This document shows, one piece after another, positions 59,418 to 64,000 of a stretch of 64,000 nt of DNA. The notes beneath the pieces were generated by a model. It ran no database searches, had not been told where the DNA came from, and saw nothing but the letters and a program-made list of their open reading frames with translations. Origin of the DNA: Eledone cirrhosa (taxonomy: Eukaryota); contig OZ024741.1 in the NCBI GenBank assembly GCA_964016885.1, positions 261,702,001 through 261,766,000 on the forward strand. The letters are read 5' to 3'. Each line of letters begins with the position of its first letter. Positions within the stretch are counted from its first letter, which is position 1. The position numbers and the translations under genes were made by a program.

Positions 59418-60392
59418 TATGATCTATACGCGGATAATTTACGTCTTGATGTGGTAGCTAAGTATATGTTATGTTTATACCATTACTTATTTGCATAGGT
59501 AAGTATATATTACCTGTATGTTTCGTGAAGGTGCGTATACTTTCTAGTACGTATATTTGATTGTATATGTTATGGCGTATATTTTATATATACTGGTACA
59601 TATGCTTTTGGTTTTGTGTATACATGAGTTTTGCGTCTGTGTGAGTATGCGGGTTCGTACGTATGATGGGTGTGTGTATATGTGTACTTCGTGTTTTGGT
59701 TGACGTACGTCTCCGAACATTTGTGTATTTACATGTAGGTATGTGTGTGCATTCGTTATATACGTATTTATTTATTTATATACGTTTAGATAATTATTTG
59801 TATACACGCACACACACATACATATTTATATGTACGTGTTTTTGTATACCTATGGCGAGTGTTTTGCGTATGCGTGTTTTGCGTATGCTTGTATACCTAT
59901 GGCGAGTGTTTTGCGTATGCTTGTGTTTTGCGTATGTATTTGGATGCGTGTATGTATTTATTTAATTTCTATTACCTCTGTATTTTATTTACTTTATTCT
60001 TAACTCTGAAGCGGAGAATCATTCGGTTTCCTAGTTAGAATTTTAGTCTACGACTTCAGTTATACCATTTACGTGGTTTTGTCTTTGCGTGCAATTGTTC
60101 TCCATGCTCCACATATGACGTGTTATCTTCGTTTTCTCCGTTCATTGCCAGAGAACGTCTCTATGAACCACCTAAGAGAATATCAGTCTACGACTTCTTT
60201 TATACCATAAACGTGGTTTTCTCTTTGCGTGTAATTGTTTTTCACCGCTCCAATTAATGACGTATTATATTCGTTTTTTCCCCGTTCTTTGCCAGGGAAC
60301 GTTTCCACGAACCAAAGTATCGTCTTCCTGTCTTCCTCCGGTTGCAACGTTTTTTGAAATATCCACTTCTGCGTTTACAGATTGACTTTGTT

Positions 60393-60443
60393 AGTTTCAG
60401 AAGATCCCGTTAAGGGTGAAAGCAGCGATTCTTTGCTTAAACT
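60393..60443 (+). ncRNA. Variant hammerhead motif (U4A); copies at 57085-57135, 43041-43091, about 43255 and on the minus strand at about 42376-42426 and 56851-56901
   Basis: AGTTT-CAGAAGA-T-CCCgttaaGGG-T-GAAA-GCA..TGC-TT-AAACT. Confidence 0.6.
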
Positions 60444-61428
60444 TTAATCTGTTATTTTAATAAATATATATATATATATATATATATACTTGGCGTGGCA
60501 ATAAAATCTTTAGAATAACACTTTAAATGAAAATGCATGAATGCAATAACATCTTTACAGTCTTATGCAAAGCATTTAACTCTGTCTGGAACCATTTCTT
60601 CGACAATTTTCGAAACCAGCACAACGATTCATCTACCACCTCTTCTAATCAAGCGAAAACACATTTTCAAAGATGTTGCTTTAAAAATTTGAACACCCAG
60701 CAATTGCACAAATTTAAGTCGGGACTATAGGGTGATTGTTTGATTATTGCCACTTATCCTCTAGAAAATTTTTTTTTGTGGATTGAGCAGTTCGATGCAT
60801 GTATTATAAACTCACAAAAGGGACAGCAAAATATTATGCATGGCCTGTGACAAAATACAGCATTCATACAGAATATTACACGTGTACAACAAAGTTCAAA
60901 TTCCAACTAATATTAACTACATTTACTGCTATATATGGCACACACACTATTATTGTAAAGACTTTATTGCCACACCAAGTATATATATATATATATATAA
61001 TAATAATTTCGTTTATTGGCCACAAGGGCTGAATAATAATAACCTGGTGGTTATCATAATAATTGTTTCTACTTTTGGCACAAGGCCAGCAATTATCCCA
61101 GTGCATTACTGGTATTTTATTTTATCGACCCAGTAAGGATGAAAAGGAAAGTTAACCTTGGCGAGATTTGAACTCAGACCATAAAGGGGCGTAACTCTAT
61201 GCTGCAAAGTATGATGTCCGACCCTCTACCAATACTGCCAATCCACTGCTTTTGGTGGTTATCATAATAATTGTTTCTACTTTTGGCACAAGGCCAGCAA
61301 ATACCCAATGCATTACTGGTACTATATTCTATCGACCCCGGAAGGACGAAGTCATCAGATAGGATAAAAAAAAAGTTGATCATTTTCCCACTCACTCGAT
61401 GTTCTAATTAAGCTAGTATCCTTAAGAT

Positions 61429-61477
<49 letters not shown>

Positions 61478-61482
<5 letters not shown>

Positions 61483-61947
61483 GACGTAAAATAAGAAAAT
61501 TTAGAAAAAGATTAAAAATTAACTTACTTACTAAAATTTTCACTCCAACTAATTAGTTTCTGTAATGGGATAAAGATAGTTACGTAATATAACCATCGAG
61601 AATTCATTACGTCATCAGGGAGTCTTTCCGACTAGCCTCAGTGTCACGTGATTGATTCTTTAGAATCTGCCATTTGACCAGAGACAGCGAACTTTTTCAG
61701 TGCATGGAATCCAGTCCCCGCTAGCTGTTCCATCCACCGAATTATTATTATTTTTATATGAGTCCCCAGTGTCCGCGCATTGCCTGGAGACTTAGCTGAG
61801 AATAGACTCCCTGATGACGTAATGAATTCTCGATGGTTATATTACGTAAATATCTTTATCCCATTACAGAAACTAATTAGTTGGAGTGAAAATATTAGTA
61901 AGTTAATTTTTAATTTTTTTTTAAATTTTCTTATTTTACGTCTTTCA
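61478..61947. mobile_element. 470 bp ORF-less hairpin element whose about 150 bp arms each contain a hammerhead
   Basis: 61478-61628 is inverted relative to 61803-61947; (TA)n on the left and TA on the right. Confidence 0.85.
61806..61887 (+). ncRNA. Type I hammerhead, canonical core; mirror copy on the minus strand at 61542-61623
   Basis: ACTCC-CTGATGA-C-GTAATG..CATTAC-A-GAAA-CTAATTAG-TT-GGAGT. Confidence 0.8.
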
Positions 61948-62057
61948 TATTATTGTTCTGCATCCTCCTGCATTGAACCACCTAGGTACTATGACATAAC
62001 TTATGTATTTGCTAGCATTAGTGTACATCTGTACGCATATGTTGGTAGATATACTAA

Positions 62058-62104
<47 letters not shown>

Positions 62105-62164
62105 TTATGAAGAAAGTTTTCGAAATCTTAATTTTCTCAAGGTTTTCTTTTGATCACAATATAC

Positions 62165-62262
62165 CTTTCCATTCTCCTCAATGTTGGTTAACATCACAAT
62201 AGTATTACATTTTAACTGCCAGACCATCCTCCAAAAATCTTGTACTATATGTTGTGTAGGAC
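62165..62262 (-). CDS. Receptor-type PTP, D1 exon (GPTQHIVQDFWRMVWQLKCNTIVMLTNIEENGK)
   Basis: Canonical DFWRMVW and IVMLT motifs; aacag acceptor and gtatat donor. Confidence 0.95.
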
Positions 62263-63303
62263 CTGTTAAAATAAAATAAAAACTAGAAGTTCGATATTAT
62301 GTATACTAAGGCCATTCTAGATAATTGTCAGGATTTAAAGTGACTTTGAATTATTTGGACTAACCATGTTCGAACTTCTAATTCACATTACCCTCAATCA
62401 CTAACCTCTATCACTTCAAACATGAGATATATGAATTGCTTATGTTGTTGCTTTACAAGCTAGTTGAAGAGGGAGGAGCAGTGTCCACAGACTGTTATAT
62501 ATTCATGGCTGCTTTGGTAAGGGAAAAAGAGAGGAAGATATCCTAAAATCGAAGACCTTTCCCAAAGCTTGCAACAGAAATAGTTACGCTGAAATTTTGA
62601 AGGGTTAGGTTGTGTAAAAAACCCCACCAAATTATAGTAAGGAAGGAATCTCTACTTACTAACAAATAATTCCATCAATCCACAGTCCAGGACTGTTACT
62701 TTATGTAAGCAAACCCAAAATAGAGAAAAGGTAAAAGTAACTTTAACGTGATTTGGACTTGGTGTACATAGAACGAGGAAAATACCACAAGGTAATTTTT
62801 TCCTACGACTCTGCCAATTCGCAGATACATGTCACTAAACAGATAAAAAGAGCCATTGAAAAATAGAGAACTATATTCCACAATTTGTCTGAACTTGAGG
62901 TTAGGTATTTAAAGGAAAGAATATGGCTTTATATTGATGGTACTCTCTAACATAAACACTTAGTATATCTAACACTTAAATACAAGTTGTTGATAGGCGG
63001 TACACTTGAAATGATTGTACATAAGTTAGGTTCACCAATATGCTTAGATTTCTAAACATCAGTAACTGAAATTCATAAGTAAAACTTAATTCCAACTGGT
63101 CTTACAATGTGAATTAACGACACAGTTCTGATTTTTAGAATTTCCATTTTAATTGTCCCTCTAATAATCATGGTAAATATGTAAAAGAAGTAAAAATAAA
63201 AATGGGTAAACATAGTGTCATTAATTGAAAACACTCAAGGAGTTAGTGTTAGCCATAAACTTTCAAGAAAGTCTATTATTCTTGTATGATTAATACTACA
63301 TAC

Positions 63304-63328
63304 CTTGACAAGCTACATAACGATTATT
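63304..63328 (-). CDS. Receptor-type PTP, D1 micro-exon (NNRYVACQ/G)
   Basis: tttcag|AAT AAT CGT TAT GTA GCT TGT CAA G|gtatgt. Matches the PTP YIATQGP motif; its phase 1 end joins the next exon (G|GT). Confidence 0.85.
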
Positions 63329-63694
63329 CTGAAATAGAGAAAAATAAATTGATTAGTAAAATTGTTTATTTATCAGATATGAATGAATGAAAAACATTAT
63401 AAGATTCAATGCCAATATGTCACGTTGCTCCTTCTGCCAGGAGTTGCGACCAGTAGATAGTATCAGCAATGGATAAACCAATGGAAACATTGTTTCCTTG
63501 GTCTGATTTCATAAGGTCCACTCCACTCGGCAGGCGAATGAGGTCCAGGATCTTGTTGATCGATCAGAGTGAGAACTGAAAGATTTTACTTACAATGAAA
63601 TACAGACAATTATATATATATAAGACAGCAAACATTACAATAATAGTTTATGGAAGTTAAACTCAATTCTAACAATCATTATCTCTGACAATCA

Positions 63695-63885
63695 GGGCGG
63701 TGGATTGGCAGTATCGGTAGAGAGTCGGACACCATGCTTTGAAGCATAGAGTTACGTCCCTTTATGATCTGAGTTCAAATACCGCCGAGGTTAACTTTGC
63801 CTTTCATCCTTATGGGGTCGATAAAATAAACTACCAGTAATGTACTGGGTAATTGCTGGTCTTGTGCCTAAAATAGAAACAATTA
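63695..63885 (+). mobile_element. tRNA-derived Nin-core SINE, full copy
   Basis: A and B boxes plus the catcct..ggggtcgataaa core, flanked by acaat(c)attatctctg repeats. Confidence 0.85.
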
Positions 63886-64000
63886 TCTCTGACAATCATT
63901 ATCTCTGTTAATAACAATCATTATCTCTGTTAATTACCTTTTTGTACACCATCAAAGAGTTATGGCACTTTATGGTCTGAGTTCAAATCCCGCCGAGGTT

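Larger units (their letters stand above)
56743..60465 (+). mobile_element. Near-intact full-length PLE (Hydra-clade-like)
   Basis: Inverted pLTR 56743-56907, direct pLTR 56912-57248, ORF, 3' pLTR 60180-60465, (TA)n on both sides. Confidence 0.95.

Noticed and set aside
63700-63790. tRNA gene
   Set aside because: A and B boxes belong to a multi-copy SINE head; no convincing cloverleaf.

Overview
AT-rich animal genomic DNA, most likely a coleoid cephalopod or octopod. This is inferred from the repeat content: Nin-domain tRNA SINEs, RTE LINEs with (GAT)n tails, and huge (TA)n/(CA)n tracts. The only host gene is a receptor-type protein tyrosine phosphatase on the minus strand. Nine phase-compatible exons between 63328 and 14192 encode most of a D1 domain (WPD loop, HCSAGDGRTG P-loop) and the start of a degenerate D2 domain. 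The introns and flanks are almost entirely transposons. There are about ten Penelope-like retroelements (PLEs; RT plus C-terminal GIY-YIG) from at least three lineages, two of them near full length. Most sit in (TA)n tracts and carry inverted pseudo-LTRs (pLTRs). RTE-type LINEs, SINEs, a non-autonomous Helitron and hAT MITEs are also present. The most notable observation is that nearly every PLE pLTR, and several ORF-less hairpin elements that mimic MITEs, fold into type I hammerhead ribozymes (HHRs). Several families carry non-canonical catalytic cores repeated across copies: U4A, U4C, U3-A8, and U3-A8 plus A13C. All folds and coordinates were worked out by eye and need computational and experimental confirmation.
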